Assembly (NCBI RefSeq): GCF_032191835.1
Contig: NC_083233.1
Coordinates: forward strand, 34,658,001-34,722,000
Origin: Heteronotia binoei
Taxonomy: Eukaryota
DNA length: 64,000 bases
Direction: 5' to 3'
In this document: positions 25,522 to 37,804 of the stretch, piece after piece
Layout: every line of letters begins with the position of its first letter
How positions within the stretch are numbered: the first letter of the stretch is position 1
The notes under the pieces: model-generated
What the model was told of the DNA's origin: nothing
Database searches by the model: none
The model's input: the letters and a program-made list of their open reading frames with translations, nothing else
Position numbers and translations under genes: made by a program

Positions 25522-25564
25522 CTGGAGTCTTGCCTCCCGCCTCGGTCATGGCGCCAGGCTCCAT
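25522..25564 (-). CDS. Unrecognised gene, first coding exon
   Basis: Kozak-context ATG (acgATGG) at 25564 within CpG-rich DNA, MEPGAMTEAGGKTP, strong donor CAG|gtaagg, phase 1. Confidence 0.6.
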
Positions 25565-25599
25565 CGTCTCCAGGGGCTGCAGCTCATCCAAGCACAAAG

Positions 25600-26200
25600 G
25601 AACCGCATCTAGGTCCCCATTCAGAGTAGCTTTGTTGCAACACGAGCAGTATAACGTGATACACCCGAGTGCAGAAACGGACTAAAGGGGAACTCAATGA
25701 TATAACCGAGCATCCATACGGCCGGAAGAATTTGGGAAGAAGACAGGAAGTGAGAGAGCGGGAAAAGAATTCCTATACACGTTCCTTTGCGTTTCCATTC
25801 CGTGCAGAACCGTCAGATAGTCGACGTAGCCATAGGAGCAATTCCTGATTTAATTTGCTGGGCAAAGATGAGGACAGTGCACACATGGAGGGCGCCATAG
25901 ATAATAGGGCTTTTCCCTAGTCCGTTTTCATAGAACAATAAAAAAAAACTTATCTCTAAATCTCATTTAAGCAACGTTCCAATGCGAACCGCTCTAACCC
26001 GTCCCTCTGTCACTAAGGCAACAGAGTGGGTTTTTTTAAAGAGGCGGGAGTGGAGCTGTGATAACGGAGTATATACCGGAAGTGACGTAAGCCCCAAGAA
26101 CATACGGTGTTATGATTCTGTACGTATCCGGAAGTAACTGTGGCCTAGTTGGTTGTAGCGCGTCTGACGACTTCCAAGAGCGGGAGGAGGATTGCCGAAC
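25600..26200. promoter_or_regulatory. Shared CpG-rich promoter of NKAP and the divergent unrecognised gene
   Basis: ETS/GABP motifs CCGGAAGT at 26076-26083 and 26128-26135, CRE-like TGACGTAA at 26083-26090; divergent ATGs at 25564 and 26202. Confidence 0.65.
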
Positions 26201-26201
26201 G

Positions 26202-26443
26202 ATGGCTCCGGTGTCGCGTTCGAGGAGCCCAGCGGCGTCTCCGTCCTCTCGGCGGGGGCGCGCTGCTGCCTCTGTCAGCCCTTCCCCTCCGAGGTCTAGT
26301 CGGAGCAGCAGGAGGTCCCGCTCGAGGTCTCGGTCCCGCGAGCGCAACGGCTTCAGGCAGCGTCTTGGTCCTCCGCACCACTTTAGCCACCGACACGGTC
26401 CGGAGCATTATGGCAAGGAGCAGGAGGAATCGCTGCGACAGAG
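26202..26443 (+). CDS. NKAP: NKAP exon 1 (RS-rich N-terminus)
   Basis: MAPVSRSRSP...EQEESLRQR resembles human MAPVSGSRSP...EREESLRQK; frame continuity with exon 2 requires the donor AG|gcgagt. Confidence 0.9.
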
Positions 26444-26579
26444 GCGAGTTGAGAAGTCCCGTTTTCCCGATGCTCCCAGGGACAGGTTGTTCTGGGGGGC
26501 GGGGAGGTCAAGCCTAGAAAGAGGGAAGGGTCAGAGGTCAAGATTCAAACTAACAGTTCAAAAATAATGTGACAAAGTT

Positions 26580-26670
26580 AAGAGTCCAATAGCACGTTTA
26601 AGACCAACAGAGTTTTATTCAGGATGTGAGTTTTTGTGTGCATGCACAGTTTGTCAAACAGGATGAAAAT
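26580..26670 (-). mobile_element. Old Penelope-like terminal fragment with decayed hammerhead motif
   Basis: Minus strand ...gtgcatgcacacaaaaactcacatcctgaataaaactctgttggtcttaaacgtgctattggactct, same family as 17285-17345, 30641-30760, 46850-46975, 56100-56295. Confidence 0.5.
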
Positions 26671-26811
26671 CAAAAGTTGAAAAATAAGTTACATACATTA
26701 ACAAGTATATTGCATGTAAACAGACAATTTTCAAACAAAAATTCACTATGATTAGGGTTTGTAGAAACTTTTGGGCTCAAGTGCCGTGTTCTACTGGAGA
26801 AAGTTTTCCTT

Positions 26812-26852
26812 CCAGACGTTTCGTTCTCAGCTGCCGAGAACATCCTCAGTGG
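26812..26852 (-). ncRNA. Minimal type I hammerhead ribozyme (minus-strand copy)
   Basis: CCA-CUGAGGA-U-GUUCUC(GGCAGCU)GAGAAC-GAAA-CGUC-UGG on the minus strand. Confidence 0.7.
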
Positions 26853-26903
26853 CATTGCAGCCGGAGCAGGCGCTCTGACCTTCTTGCTGCTCCGGCTGTA
26901 ACG

Positions 26904-26944
26904 CCACTGAGGATGTTCTCCGCAGCTGAGAACGAAACGTCTGG
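26904..26944 (+). ncRNA. Minimal type I hammerhead ribozyme (plus-strand copy, sense in NKAP pre-mRNA)
   Basis: Stem I CCA/UGG, core CUGAGGA 26907-26913, extra U, stem II GUUCUC/GAGAAC, GAAA 26934-26937, loopless palindromic stem III ACGU, predicted cleavage after C26941. Confidence 0.72.
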
Positions 26945-27304
26945 AAGGAAAACTTTCTCCAGTAGAACACGGCACTTGAGCCCAAAAGATTCTACAAACC
27001 CTAATGATGTTACCAGCCATGAAAACCTGAAATCTTTGAAAAATTCACTATACTTATTACTCCAAACAAATATTTTAGTTTCTAGAATACACAGCATGTA
27101 AAGAAGGATCCAGTGTTGCTGGACTGTGAGCCCTAAATAAATTAAGTCCTAAAATATTCTGTTTTAGAGCTATTAGGCACTGAAAAGATCCATTGCTTAA
27201 AGGCCTGCCTCCCACTTTTATTCTATCCCTTCAGTGGGCTCTGTATGTGCATGTCATACACCCCAAATCCTGGCAACAACTTTGTGAAGCGGGTTGGTGT
27301 TGAC

Positions 27305-27498
27305 CAATGTTCCCTCTAAGCTGCAGAGTCTTGTGAGCAAAAATTCTACTTTGTGAGCTACTGGCATTGAAGTTGTGAGCTACTGCATAAATTAGTGTGC
27401 TCTGGAGTCATTCTTCCTGAGCTAAAACAAAAATGTGTGAGCTGGAGGCTTAAAATATGTGAGCTAGCTCATGCTAATTCAGCTTAGAGGGAACACTA
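27305..27498 (-). mobile_element. hAT-type MITE family A
   Basis: TIRs and perfect 8-bp TSD GTGTTGAC. Confidence 0.88.
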
Positions 27499-28603
27499 GT
27501 GTTGACTGAGAGTGACTGGGCTGATGACCTCCTGCAATCTTCCACTGGTTCTTCCCTCCTGCATTTTATCAGTTTATCACTCCTGAGAGGGTATTGACTG
27601 AGACAATAACTGGCCCAAGTTCACCCAGTGAGCTTCATGGCTGAGGTTTAAACTTAAGTTTAGCCTAACTACTACTCTATGATCAACCAGTGCTAGGAAA
27701 TACTTCCCCTGTTTTTTTCTTTGGGTCAGGCTTCTCTTAAAGCACAAAAATGATCTTTAAAAGTTCTTTCTTTATAAAACTAAATGTCCTTCATTTTAAA
27801 CTGAATTCATTTGAGTGGAGGGAGCCCCCAAAACCAGCTGCTGGATACAGTTATTTTGTGATACCATTTTATCATACAAGACTTTATGCTTTATGTTTGT
27901 GAACATCAGATAGTATTATTTTCTGTGACCAGTATAAGAGGTTTTCTGCAGTATCTTCTTATATCTCTATGTGGTGTTTACTTAGTTTGAAAATGAAGTA
28001 ACAATGAAGTGGCAACCTGTACCCCTGGCAAACCTTTAAAGATATAAAAGCACTCAAGCTGACACTGGCCTCCTCTCCCCATTATGCCAAAGTCATAAAT
28101 ATTCTAATCTCTCTCCAATTCCTTATCCTTGCACTGTCTTCAAAGGCAAAAAGTTATTTCATGGGTTCTAAGAGTTGCAGGTCTAGGCTGTGTTGTACAA
28201 GCTGACCTTTTGAGCTCATGCTTACACTGGCTTTGATCTTTAGCTGCTGCTTTATGTGCATTTATTTGTAAGTAAGTTCTATTGTATTCAGTGGGACTTG
28301 TGTCTCAGTAGACACACACAGGATTGGATTAATGGTGACTGTATTGGGACCAAGCTGCCCTAAATGTGATGTCAGAGGCTTAACTGATGGTTGCTTGGGT
28401 TCAGATTGTAGGACAACTGAGAAGAATATATGAAAATTAAAATGAAAACATTCTTTATCAATAAATAGAAATAGAACTCCTGTGGGAAACATGCATCTTA
28501 TGTTTTGCTTTATAGCATAAATGTTTAGATCATTTTTGCATGCCTGTGATTTGTAAGCTGATGTTGTGTTCTTATATGCTTAATACAGTGTTCTGGATTT
28601 TAA

Positions 28604-28705
<102 letters not shown>

Positions 28706-29001
28706 TAAATACTGCTTATTTTAATCTTGGTTTTCTTTTCTCTTGAAGTCTTTTGCCATAACAGTAATGTGAAATAATTTTACATTCTGCTTTTGTTCTC
28801 TTACATTTTTACATGTAATTCTCATACTAGTCCTGATCAAAAACATGCTTACAGTTTTGAACCCACCATACTCATCTATTTATCAGAATACTCTCAAGCA
28901 CTTGTTTGATTTTCGTTATATGGCTTTTGCAGTGATTGTGTGTCTCTTGCGTTTTATCTGTGCAAATCAAATAACTGATTGTGTTCTGTTTTTGAACTTA
29001 G

Positions 29002-29078
29002 TTCTGATGAACATACCCCAGTAGAAGATGAAGATGGAGTATCTAAAAAAAGCAGCTCTTCGGATTCCAGTTCAGAAG
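29002..29078 (+). CDS. NKAP: NKAP exon 3
   Basis: SDEHTPVEDEDGVSKKSSSSDSSSE; acceptor gaacttag, donor AAG|gtattc. Confidence 0.93.
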
Positions 29079-29309
29079 GTATTCTTAATTTATTAAAGAT
29101 TTTTATAAAAGACATCAGTAATATTTGTGAGGCACTGAGTAACCTTACCTTCTTAGCATTGTGATGTTACAAATAGAATTATTAAAACAAGTTCATCAGT
29201 TCTTGACCCAGGATAGTTCCTGTTGCCTTAACAGTTTTGGATACTTTATTTAGGAATGGCATCTCCCAACCTTGTACTCCAGAAGTTCATTCAGAGGACA
29301 GCCAGGGTG

Positions 29310-29503
29310 CAGTGTTCCCTCTAAGCTGAGTTAGCATGAGCTAGCTCACAGATTTTTAGCCTCCAGCTCACACATTTTTGTCTTAGCTCAGGAAGGATGA
29401 CCCCACAGCACACTAATTGATGCAGTAGCTCACAACTTTAATGCCAGTAGCTCACAAAGTAGAATTTTTGCTCACAAGACTCTGCAGCTTAGAGGGAACA
29501 TTG
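29310..29503 (+). mobile_element. hAT-type MITE family A
   Basis: TIRs and TSD ccagggtg/ccaaggtg. Confidence 0.85.
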
Positions 29504-29509
29504 CCAAGG

Positions 29510-29735
29510 TGTTGTAGCAGTTAGAGTGTTGTACTAGGGCCTGAGAGACCCAGGTTCAAATCCCTGCACTGCCATGGAAGTGTCTGGGTAACCTTTAGAC
29601 CAGTCACACCTTCTTAGGTTAACTTACTTCCTAGGGTTGTTGAGAGGATAAACTGGAGGGGAAGAGAATGATGTAAACTGCTTTTGGGTCTCCATCTTGG
29701 ACAAAGGTGAGATGTAAATGAAGTAAAAAAAAAAT
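29510..29735 (+). mobile_element. Older tRNA-derived (MIR/Squam3-like) SINE
   Basis: B-box ggttcaaatcc, body cctagggttgttgagaggataaa, A-rich tail. Confidence 0.6.
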
Positions 29736-30106
29736 CACCTGTTCTCTACTGCCATCTGTAGAAAAGAAGAATCCACTTTCATCCTGTATGAGTGAGTTTC
29801 TGCATCCACTGCAGTAATAATCACTCAGATCCAGCCAACTTTTTCACTCAGTCTTATCTTGAATATCCTCCTTACTACACTCCCCGTCCCTTGTTCCTTT
29901 TGTCTATGCAGACCCCATGATGTGCTACGTAGCGTTTTGAGAGGAATCAGTGAGGGATCCCTCTTTTCGCATCAGCAGAAAAGTACCAATGTCTTGTATC
30001 CAAGAGAATTGGTTTTTCAGTCACAAACTGGCAACCCCAAAGAGTAGAATTATTAGAATGAACTGTTTGGCTTGATTGTAAAATATTATTTTCAAATGTC
30101 TTTCAG

Positions 30107-30151
30107 AGGAGAAGAGGAAAAAGAAAAAGAAGAAAAGAAAAGCTGTTTCAC
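30107..30151 (+). CDS. NKAP: NKAP exon 4 (short, lysine-rich)
   Basis: Acceptor atgtctttcag, GEKRKKKKKKRKAVS, donor C|gtatgt; phase 1 to 1 keeps frame. Confidence 0.75.
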
Positions 30152-31049
30152 GTATGTGTGTACTAATAATATGGAATGTCTGCCTCTAGTATGAGGTTTG
30201 CCTCTTGTATATGGGGATCTTTCATAATTTGCTCTTTGATAAGAGTTTTTGTTTTGAAAAGCATGCATGAATGGGATCATATTTTCCCCTTTATCCACAA
30301 TTTACATGAGCAATAACTGGTCCTATAATCTTTTTATCAGAGCTTTTTCTTTTTCTTTTATTATGTTACTTATAATCTGCATTTCTCACTGGGCCTCAAG
30401 TGGACTACACAGTTGATACAATCAACAGGATGGGGCACTCAGTAAACAAGGCAATAGGATTAGAATTGTAGAAATCTGGAACCACCTAAAAATGAACTGA
30501 AGTAAAGCAGAAGTATTAACATGACTCATTAAATGATGCAAATTCAGATAGTGGGGTTCTGCTTAGAGCAAGTTATGCATAATGGTATAGACAACAGTTC
30601 CTAATCATTTATCCAAGTATCTTTGTGAACCATTTTGTACAGTAGCACCTTTGAGACAACAAACTTTGTTGGTCTTAAAGGTGCTACTGGACTCCTGCTT
30701 TGTTCTATTGCTTCAGACCAACACAGCTGCCCACCTGGATCTGTCCACAATTTGTATAGTGTAGCCCTATTACCTGCATAGAAAAAATCCTCTTGAATGA
30801 TTGAGTTTTGCATGGTTTTGTGGAAAGCCAGGAAAGTGGGAGCCTCCCTTCTATAAGGTGGGAGCCACAATTGAGAAAACATGTTTGGGCAGTTGTTGAT
30901 TTTACCCATTGTTCATTTTGGCACCTGCAGAAGACCCTGCACAGGTCTATAAAGCTGTCATGGTGGAGCATGGGGGAGATGCAGTCCCACAGATATGAGA
31001 GACCAACCCTTGAAGTGCTTTGTATGTTGATAGTGAATAATTTAAATTG

Positions 31050-31620
31050 AGGCTGATACCTGATGGGCAGCCAATGGAATGACTGTTAAATGGAAGTGAT
31101 ATGCATGCTTCCTCAAGCTCTTGATAACAGTCAAGCGATGTTATTCCGCACCAACTGGAGTTTCCAAGTTGGTTTTCAGGGCAGACCAATGTACAGTGCA
31201 TTAATGTAGTCTAGTCTCACTGTGGAATGGGTCCTGGTGGCCATATCAACTGTATCAAGGTAAGGAGCCATCTTATGAGCTAGGCTGAGTTGGAAGAAAG
31301 CATTTTTTGCAGTTGCATTAACTCGCTTCCCCAACAATAATGTTGGATTCAGTATAAATAACTCCAAGGTTCTTAACTGAATTAGCAGTTGTCACCTGAA
31401 CTCCATCAGAAGTGGGGAACGCAATGTCCTTTGAGATCTCTGCCTTCTCAGTGAACATTATCTGTCTTTTCAGGGTTTAGTTTCAATTTAATTCACTCAG
31501 CCTCTTAATCACAGCATCTAGGCTTCAGGACCTCTTCTGCATCAGTAAGACATTTGGATAAGAATAGGTAGAGCTGACTACCATCCTCATATTGATAACA
31601 ACCAACCCTAAAACTACAGT
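31050..31620 (-). mobile_element. Degraded L2-clade LINE ORF2 C-terminal fragment
   Basis: Minus ORF ...AFFQLSLAHKMAPYLDTVDMATRTHSTVRLDYINALYIGLP resembles the L2 RT C-terminal motif (…SRLDYCNALYxGLP). Confidence 0.65.
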
Positions 31621-32701
31621 TTGTTTTAAAAGCTTTTGAGTTTTGAAGAGTCACTCCTTTTCACTGTCAAGAGATTTGTATAACTGAAAATCGTATTCTA
31701 ACTGTACAATATACCAGTATTGCTCCAGTGGACCCTAAGATCTGCTGGAGGTGTACTATATTGGTTAATATCTTATTATTTTTGTAGCCATTGTCTTGAT
31801 CTCATAAATACTATAGCGTAGTACTGCAGTAGCATACACACTTGGGAGTCAGTCAAAGATACATGGTGCTGGAGCTCCCAAGGACTGTTTCAGATAGGGA
31901 AAATTTAGGGAGGAAGCTTAGTCTTTTTTGGTTGTTTGTTGTTCCTTCAGTGACCCTGCCCTTCCCCTGACCTAGTTCTTAATTGTTGCATCTATGTTGT
32001 TGCATTTTATTTTTGATTTTGATTGATTTATGATGTGTTTTATAATACTCTGCTTTTAATTGCCACCTTGGTGGCAGCCCTTATTGGGCCAAAAGTTGGG
32101 CTATAATTGTTGTAAATAAACTGCTCCCTTTCTTCATGCAGTGGTCACTGTCCAAATTGGGAGCCCCTGCTCCTGTTTTTTTTATAAAGGCATGCATGCT
32201 AGCAGCATTCACAGGTCTCCCAACATCTCATCTGTTTGAAACCCTAGTTTCATTAAACTTGGACTTTTATGTTAGAGCAAACATGGATAGGATCAAGTGA
32301 TCTGTAAACGTTGATCTACACTGAAAATGTTTGGCTGTGGCTTTCAAGAGACTCTGGGGACAGCAGTTTCTTGAGACCCATGCAGATTCTCTGGCAGAGA
32401 TTCCTAACTTACAGAATTACGGGGATGGAAGCTTTGACATTTAAAAACCAGTTTCAGTGTATGCTTTTTAAGCGTAGGCATGCTCTTAGAAAACTGTTCA
32501 TTTTTTTCCGGGCACATGATCTAAGTGAGCTTTTTTTGCACGTGTAGACATGTTTGTGAGATTCTAAGGATGAAATTCACTGATCAGCAGACCAGCATGT
32601 GTATAATTGACATCTGTTGGTGAAATTCTCCATCTTGCTTGCTCTGAAATATTTTATACCTTTTCCTTTGCTTTATTCTTCTTTTGTGATTGACATTTCA
32701 G

Positions 32702-32750
32702 ATGAGGAAGAAAAAAAGAAAGCCAAGAAGAAGAAAAAGAAGCACAGAAA
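32702..32750 (+). CDS. NKAP: NKAP exon 5
   Basis: EEEKKKAKKKKKKHRK; acceptor gacatttcag, donor AA|gtaagt. Confidence 0.88.
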
Positions 32751-32941
32751 GTAAGTACAACCATTTTTTTAAATCTTGTATTACAATCTCTGTTCTTTTG
32801 GGTCTGCATCTTGCTCTGTTGCAGCAGGATCAGCAGTGGCTGTTTCTTCACTGGCTTGTCAGAAAAGCAAAAATCTCTGTGTCACCAGGAGATCTGTTTC
32901 CAAACTCTGCTCTCATCTATCCCTTTTTGTGTTGTTTCTTT

Positions 32942-33125
32942 CAGGGCTTTTTTCGTAGCAGGAACTTTGCATATTAGGTCACACACCCCTGATGTAGCCA
33001 GCCCTCTAAGAGCTTACAGGGCTCTTAGTACAGGGCCTACTGTAAGCTCCAGGAGGATTGGCTACATCGATTTGGAGGAGGGGACGCTAATATACAAAGG
33101 AGTTTCTGCTCCAAAAAAAGCCCTG
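32942..33125 (+). mobile_element. hAT-type MITE family B (TIR CAGGGCTTTTTT...AAAAAAGCCCTG)
   Basis: TIRs and perfect 8-bp TSD GTTTCTTT. Confidence 0.88.
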
Positions 33126-33530
33126 GTTTCTTTCCTCCTTTTCTATTGTACAATACGTACTGTTGCCAGTTACATCAATATTCTGGTCCAAGTTGTTATA
33201 ATGAATGGCACAAGAGTATGGAAGGGAACTATAATTAAGGCACTTAGAAAGGTTGGAGTGCAAAGTGTATTATGCAGGTTTCAGGATGGATGGTCCAGGT
33301 TCTCCTTTTGCTACATGCTGTGTTCTGTGTGCATGAATAACAGAACATCAAATCTTAGGAGCGGTTGACTTCCAATAAAAATCTTCCTGATTTGATTATT
33401 ACCTATAGCCTGCTGATTGGCTGTGCTAATCGCTTTGCAGAGATGACAGGCCAAACCATTTGTCTTGTTCTTAGTAACTTTTTCATCCCTGTTTTGAATT
33501 GCAAACCTACCTCATCTCACTTTTCAACAG

Positions 33531-33646
33531 AAAAAAGTCTAAAAAAAAGAAGTCTAAGAAAAACAGAAAAGACTCCAGTGACTCTAGCAGTGAAGATTCT
33601 GATGATGAAGCTCTGAAAGGAGATGAACTCTGGATTGAGAGATCAA
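33531..33646 (+). CDS. NKAP: NKAP exon 6
   Basis: KKSKKKKSKKNRKDSSDSSSEDSDDEALKGDELWIERS; acceptor cttttcaacag, donor A|gtaggt. Confidence 0.92.
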
Positions 33647-33717
33647 GTAGGTTGTTGCTGTTCATACCTGGGGAAAAGCCTGTTCCAGTGGGCATTCTTC
33701 TTTGGGATAGTTTTCTT

Positions 33718-33908
33718 CAGGGCTTTTTTTAATAGAAAAGACCCAGCAGAAACTCATTTGCATATTAGGTCACACCCCCTGACATCACCATTGTTCCACA
33801 AAGGGCTTTTTGTAGAAAAAGTCCAGCAGGAACTCATTTGCATATTAGGCCATACCCCCGATACCAAGCCAGCCAGAACTGTGCATTCCTGCTTAAAAAA
33901 AAGCCCTG
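33718..33908 (+). mobile_element. hAT-type MITE family B
   Basis: TIRs, TSD gttttctt/gttttctc, two internal ATTTGCAT motifs. Confidence 0.87.
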
Positions 33909-34092
33909 GTTTTCTCCACTAAACTGAAGGGTTGTAAACAGACATGAGCTTTGAAGTGATCTGTTTGCAAGGTGGCAAATATTGTGAAGTAAAGTGTACA
34001 TTTTTGTTAAAAGAGGTTTTCTTTAAATAAATGATTTATGGAATGCAGAAGGCTTTGTGATCACTTCTTTTTTTTTTTTCTCTGTGCTGCAG

Positions 34093-34168
34093 AAAATACA
34101 GATGGTGTGGATTTCATTGGACCTGAAGCTCCCATTAGTCATGCTTCTCAAGATGACCGACCTTTGAA
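34093..34168 (+). CDS. NKAP: NKAP exon 7
   Basis: NTDGVDFIGPEAPISHASQDDRPL; acceptor ctgtgctgcag, donor AA|gtaagt. Confidence 0.94.
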
Positions 34169-35107
34169 GTAAGTGCTGTACCCTGCATGGATGGCCGAAA
34201 TCTGAGATTTCAAAGTATGAATCCAGCTGTGATACATCAAATACGTAGTACTCTTGAGTATAACATCATTTTGACAAACTTAATTTGATGTAATCGCCCA
34301 TATTAGAAATGAAAGCTGAGATGGAAAGAATTACAGCTCCCATAGGGCCAGCTAGTTAGTTTGTTTGACTGAACTGCAATTTGATCTGGGGACTTCCCAG
34401 CTTGCTCTCATAGCCACTGGGTCATCCAAGAATGGTTCATTTCATGGGTTGACAACATGGATTGAAGTTACAGTCAACTGGCCAATCAGAGCATGATCCA
34501 CCCACTAGCAATGGAAAGAACACTGTGGTGCAGCCTTTTAAAAGCTGCTCTGCACTGTAATATTGTGGCCAGTGTTTATACTGAGAAGGCCTATGCTGGG
34601 ACTGGAAGGCTTTCACCTCTTGTAGAAACATGAGAGGGGTCTAGAGTACAAGAGAGAATCCACAGCACAGATGCAGGGAATATACAATGGCTAGTGTTGC
34701 CTACCTTGATGCATACAAAATGGAGAAAGTAGGGTAGGAGAAAGGAGCCAAAAGATTTGGATAGTGGAGGGGGAAAGCCTGTTGCCTTTTGCTCTGTCCA
34801 CTTGGGGGAAAGTGGACATGGGGGAAAGTCCAATGTGGCAGCAGAAGATCAAAGAAGAGATCCAGTTTAGATATCTCTCACTGATTTGGGGTTCTTTGTA
34901 CAGCACTTTGTGTGTGTGCTGGAACCTTTTCCTTAAAGCCATACATGTTCCTTGTGACCTTTGCTTATACCTGCCTTGTATAAATAGTTCTGGGCTGGAT
35001 TGCCTGGTTGGAAATAGACCCTATGTAGATTCAGTAGGTTGCTTTAGTGTTTTTTGGAAGGAGCTGTATCCACATTTGTGATGGCATTTTCTCTCTTTGT
35101 CTTTTAA

Positions 35108-35272
<165 letters not shown>

Positions 35273-35401
35273 TGAGGACTGTCTTACTGTAGAAAATAGT
35301 CTATGCTTGGCTATAACATATTGGGGTGGTGGAACTCAGGATACTTTTTAAATAAAAAGTGGCCTTGTAGAGAAGAAAGTCCTCTATAGCTAGTTGGATA
35401 G

Positions 35402-35629
<228 letters not shown>

Positions 35630-37076
35630 ACTGTTTGCTTCCTCCTGATAGAGAACAGACTTGAACTGACATTGGTGAAACTCACCTGCTATGGTGATTT
35701 GCAAACAGGTTGTCCAGTAAAGCTGCCTCAAATCTTGGGAAACAATTCCTGTGTACTGTCTTTTACATTCTTGCTTAAAAGAATGCTGGACCTAGTGTGT
35801 GACAGAATGAAAATCGAAGTGATATCTTTTATTGGACCAGAGACTCAAATAAAGATGATCCAAATAAATTGTCTTCAATCCTGTGAGCCCAATAAAACAG
35901 CAGTGCCCTTAACAGGAGCGCCCTCTCTTAAATGCCAGTGGTTTTTGTTGTGCTTGAATTTTAATAAAGCAGAGTGGCTTAATTTTATAGATTCCTGTAG
36001 ATTTGGTTTCCTCACTTTGGACTTATTATATATATAATATATAAAACTGAGATCCTGATGTATAGTTTTACAAAATGAGAACTGCTTGAAGGAAGACATT
36101 TTACCGCCTGATGTTGTCATGTAAATAATGTTTTGCTGGGTGGAGGGGTGGCAATCTGTAGGTCATGGTAGGGTAAACCTAAGGTTTTTATTTTAGATAT
36201 TCAGTTTCTTGATTCATAGTCATCTGAATCATGGTCAGTGCGGGTGAATACCATGTGGCAGGACTTTTGGGTAGGGCCCCTACTGATTCTGAAAGTTTCC
36301 CATATGGCTTACTAAGCTGTTTCTGAAATTCAGAGGAACTTCAGGAGTTTCTCCAACCCAAAGGGAGGAACTGCAATCTGGTAACATTAGGGGGGCGGCT
36401 TTGACTGGTGGGATCCAAATAGCTCCCTCTCTGCAAAACTGAGTGTTTATTTCCCAAAATATGTATATTTTTAAATAAAGCATTTACTTGGATGCACTTG
36501 GTTATTTTTGTGTTGTGATATTGTTTAATATGTGGTATGTCATATTGAAGCGCTGACTGTCTGAATTTTTTTTAGCATGTTGCCAGCAGAAGAAAAACAA
36601 TGTCACTGTCTCCTTTCAAGAACATTGAAAGTATTAGTTGTCATTTGAAAATTCGTTTTTTACTTTGGAATGGGGGATAGTGAGCAGTTTTTAAATGAGG
36701 AGTGAATGTCAAGGTGGCTTCACATAGAGAAGATTTTATCATTGGTAATGTACACACTCAGTCTGGTTCCTTCTTATTCTGGGCTTGATTACTTCTGCCT
36801 GTGTAGGCTCAAATTGTGAATTAAACAGGTTACCATGAGCATTCATCTTTCCTAGAACAATCTGCAAGGTAAGCATCTTGGTGTTGGATTGTGGATGAAT
36901 GTATGTTTCCTCTGAGGAACCAACACTGTTTGTGTCTCTCTGCTTTGGTGTCCATGTGATAGCTGAATTAGCTACTTAGAGGAATGTGGAGAGGTCAAAA
37001 ATGGAAAGCTGATTACAAAAACAACTTTTATTGGTCAAAACACAGAGAAAAATAGAATTCTTAGTGGGTAACAGAA

Positions 37077-37161
37077 CTAAAAGTTGACCGTTTCCATCAG
37101 GGTGACTTTGCTTTCAATTACATCTTTGAGCCACTTTTCTTTAAATCTGCACTCTCCTGGC
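37077..37161 (-). CDS. AKAP14: AKAP14 last coding exon
   Basis: Acceptor ttttgtcttttgtag; PGECRFKEKWLKDVIESKVTLMETVNF-TAG; AATAAA at 37032-37027. Confidence 0.9.
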
Positions 37162-37804
37162 CTACAAAAGACAAAATGGGGAAATTTAAGAGCACAGAAG
37201 TACTGTATTACAAAACTTAATTCAATTGAAAACAATGCTTGCTATTTCTTAAAATTTCTGTGCTAAATATAATCAGATATAGAAGGTCAGGAAGCAGCCA
37301 CTTGTATCTTATCAGTCTGCTCTGCAATATTTGAAGCTTTCCTACAAGAGGTTTTTCCTCTGGTAGAAGAACTAAAGCTACACTTTTTAAGCTGCAGAAA
37401 GGCATCAAAAGCTGCTGAGCAGCTAACAACCAACAATGTGCAACATTTGTGAGTACCAGCATCTGACAAACGTAAGTTTTCCATGCCCATGTTTTCCTTG
37501 CATATATCCCAGCAATTATCTGTAACTTGTGTAGGTTTCAGTTTGGGGCAATTTCTCCACAGAATTAAGCAGCATGTGGGTCTCAACACGTACAGACTAT
37601 TTCAAAGTTTCAAAGTTTTCCTAAATGTTGTATTTAATTATTGGTTTGAGAAGTTGGGACAATTGCCATATTTTGTTGGCATTGGGTCAAATTCTGGAGG
37701 GAGCCATTTAAACTCAGGAATCCAGTGGCAGTTTAAAAGCTAAGAGTTTATTCTAGCACAAGATTAGTGTGTCAGAGATCACTCAGTCAAATGCATGTAG
37801 TAAC

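Larger units (their letters stand above)
26751..27036. mobile_element. Penelope-like element remnant arranged as inverted pseudo-LTR pair (arms 26751-26869 and 26887-27005)
   Basis: Two near-identical 119-bp arms in opposite orientation around a 17-nt spacer; the right arm continues to a ...cagccatgaaaacctgaaatctt terminus; each arm holds a hammerhead core, a known hallmark of Penelope pLTRs. Confidence 0.75.

Noticed and set aside
22200-26200. RHOX or other homeobox gene expected from mammalian synteny
   Set aside because: No homeodomain-like sequence (e.g. WFxNRR) seen in the translated exons or ORFs.
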